Shown: positions 61,315 to 64,000 of the stretch, one piece after another
Position numbering within the stretch: position 1 is the first letter of the stretch
Layout: every line of letters begins with the position of its first letter
From: Paraspadella gotoi
Taxonomy: Eukaryota; Animalia; Chaetognatha
Length of the DNA: 64,000 bases
Assembly (NCBI GenBank): GCA_051294375.1
Contig: CM119269.1
Coordinates: forward strand, 248,001 to 312,000
Direction: 5' to 3'
Notes under the pieces: generated by a model
Told to the model about the DNA's origin: nothing
The model's database searches: none
What the model saw: only the letters and a program-made list of their open reading frames with translations
Program-made: the position numbers and the translations under genes

Positions 61315-64000
61315 GTGGGTCATCGATGTCCTCCATTGCCATTGATGTCGCCATATTTTCTTGCTCAAGCATCGGTGCTTTTCGCCAATGGGACGGACAG
61401 CCGGCCGCCCTTTGGTGAAAACTGGCCTTTGTTTCCTTTTTTTTCTGTTTTTTTCTGTTTTTTTTCTGTTTTTTCTGTTTTTTTTTTCTCTTTCTTTTTC
61501 TTTTATTTTTTTTATTTTTATTTTTTCTTTCTTTCTGTTTTCTTCATTCTTTCCTTTTTTTTGGTTTTCTTTCTTTCTATTTTTTTTCTTTCTGTTTTTC
61601 TTTCTTTCTTTCTTTCCTTTCAGCCTTAATTTTCTTTTATTTTCTTCATTTCAATTCTTTAACTTTTCTCTTTTTTTCTTCTCTTTTTTCTTTGTTTTTT
61701 TTCTTCCGTCCACTCGTCCAAATTCCCATAATAGACCAACGTTGGCTCCTTTTATTTGGTAACGAACAAAAATATCTCTGCAGATGTACATGTCTCTTTT
61801 CGTATCACTCTCTATCCGCACTTTCTTGTTTCCTAAATTCTTTTGCTACACTTATCTTTTGCTAGTAATCTATTTTAAAATAAATAAATTACACGTTAAA
61901 ACGCTAACGTAAACCAATTTTTCCCGGTCGTGCGACTTTATGACTCTGTCAAAGTTGCTCGACCGTTCAAATCTCAACTCAGACGATATGCGATGATTCA
62001 GAGATACACGTAAGGTTCGTCGTCGTCTCGTCGTCGTCGTCGTCGTTTCTCTGTTCGTCGTCGTGGTTTCCGCTCAAAAAATTCCATCGTTGCGCAAGTT
62101 TTTTAAGTCTCAAAAAGAATGGAGGGAAAGGGAGGACTCAAGACGCCGGGGTCAAACAAAAGGGGTCACGGGTCAAAGGATGCGGGATCAGGGGTCAAAA
62201 CATAAGCAGGTCAGGCGGTCCAGGAGGCTGGTCATAGGCTCCGGTACAAGTTTGGGTCGAAAGATTTCCTGCCTTAAAAGACGAAGACGGCGAGTTGTAA
62301 AGATGCACGGTTTGCATCTGTTAATGGTTCGTTCGAATATGGAAACTGGAGATGGATTTGATTAATTGATAGTTGATTCATTGGTTTTTCTACGGATTGA
62401 TTGATGTTAATTTGAATTTTCGATAGGCGTTGTTCGACAGTTTGACTATTTCATTTACTCATTCGTTCAATTTAAATGATTGATTTATTCATTGTTTTGA
62501 TTTATATTATAATAAGATTCATCGCACTTATTCTGACTGAGATTGATTGATTGATTGATTGATTGGATTGCGTCGTGTGTCTCTTTCGCGAAGCATAAAG
62601 CGGCGGATTCGGCCCTCGTCTCCATCGAGAAAATGCGACGTCGTCCTTTGTTTCGTTGTTGTCGGAAAGGAAACGAAGAATCAATAACAGGAGGAGTGCA
62701 GATGCTCCGCGATGGCGCCGACGATGGCCGCCGACGGATCGGGCCGACTAGATTGGCGCCGATCGATTGGCCGCCGACGATGGTCGCGCATCAACGGAAA
62801 TCGCAACAACTTCAGGATGATATTTCGGCCTCGCGCGGAAGGATATTGGACGTCTTTCTCGAATTACTCTTTCCCGATTCTATGGAGGGAGGATGAGGAG
62901 GAACAGAGACGAGAGCTGAAGGAAGAGTGGAGAGGAGAAAGGGGACCGGAGAAGGACGGGATGCGCGTGGTGAGAGAGAGAGAGCAGTATGTGAGCAGGG
63001 ACGAGGAGAAGAGACAGAGAGCGAGGAGAGAGAAAGAGCGAAATGAGAGAGAGGGAAGAGAGTAGAGGAGGCAGAGGGCAGAGGGAGAAGAAGAAGAGAG
63101 AAGGACGAGAGAGGAGAGGGAGGGAGAGGAAAAAGAGAGAGGTGAGAGGAAAGAGATGAGAAGGGAGAGAGCAGGGAAGGGAAGAGGCTCTTTTTTTATG
63201 GCGGATAAGTGCAAACATTTAAAGTTGAATTTTAATAAGTTTCTTTGTTTTTCTTTTTGTTTTCCTTTTGTTTTCTTTATTTTCGTTTGTTTTCTTACTT
63301 CAAAAAGGATTTGTGCACGACTGTTTCCTTCTGTTGCAAATCGGACGAGCGACCTGACAACGAACTATTGCACAGGACTTACCTTCTGAGTTGAGGATGT
63401 GAGTAAAGAGAGAGAGAGAGAGAGAGAGATGATTACGAGATGAGAGACGAGCAGAGAAGAGAGAGAGAGAGACGCAGAGAGATCATCAAAGGAGAGAGAA
63501 AGATGAGCAGAGAGAGAGAGTGAGCTTTTAATGTTTTGTTTAATTTATTTGTTAGACAAAAGACTATAAACAACTCAATGAGCAAACGATCGAAAGCTGA
63601 AGACTCACATCAGAAATATCTTAACATCGGTCATGTCCAGTCAATCTGTTGTTCAGTTCTACGTATAATCAAATTGCGTTTCCGTCTTTGTCCGTCTGTC
63701 AATAATATTGAGGTCATTAAAAGCCTTGTCAGTCCGACAAATTTCCTTGCCCATCGAAAATGTGAGGCAAACTATACAGTCAATTGATCAAATTGTTCTC
63801 GCGTCAGTAACTTGAATATATCCATTCCGTTCAGTCGGTCTAATCAATCAATCAGTCAGGGTCAATTAATCAGTCTGGTCTGTCTTTCCATTTTCTCAGA
63901 GCTCTCAGAAACAATTCGAAGAATCTTGTTTGGGGAAAAGAAGATTAATTATCTACGACGCTGAAAGAATTATGGACAGACGAGTATTAGGCAAATGGCG

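Overview
Eukaryotic DNA, most likely from an invertebrate animal: intron-containing genes sit in dense (GA)n/(CT)n, (GAC)n and (GAAT)n microsatellites, in a gappy, partly unpolished assembly. Six gaps are exactly 25 N, and several indel-rich stretches are near-duplicates of neighbouring sequence. Two genes can be identified by manual spliced translation. One is an SLC22/organic-cation-transporter-like MFS gene (+, ~29.8-34.3 kb, frameshifted in places). The other is a TTC38 orthologue (+, 52509-~60390; exons 1-5 clean, exons 6-10 indel-damaged). The best novelty candidate is a 4-exon minus-strand gene (17702-15548) that appears to encode a secreted precursor: signal peptide, Gln-rich pro-region, RRRRR cleavage site and a 72-aa mature peptide with a twin CX3C motif. 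It needs one 1-nt indel correction. Repeats include a TA-flanked MITE with long inverted arms, four copies of a DINE-1/HINE-like element, a tRNA-Met-derived SINE, a 39-bp CCAAT-box minisatellite and an ~80-bp purine-rich minisatellite. Many exons lie at pyrimidine-to-purine tract switches. Most ORFs in the supplied track are low-complexity or N-gap artefacts. All homology calls are from recalled family motifs; no searches were run.
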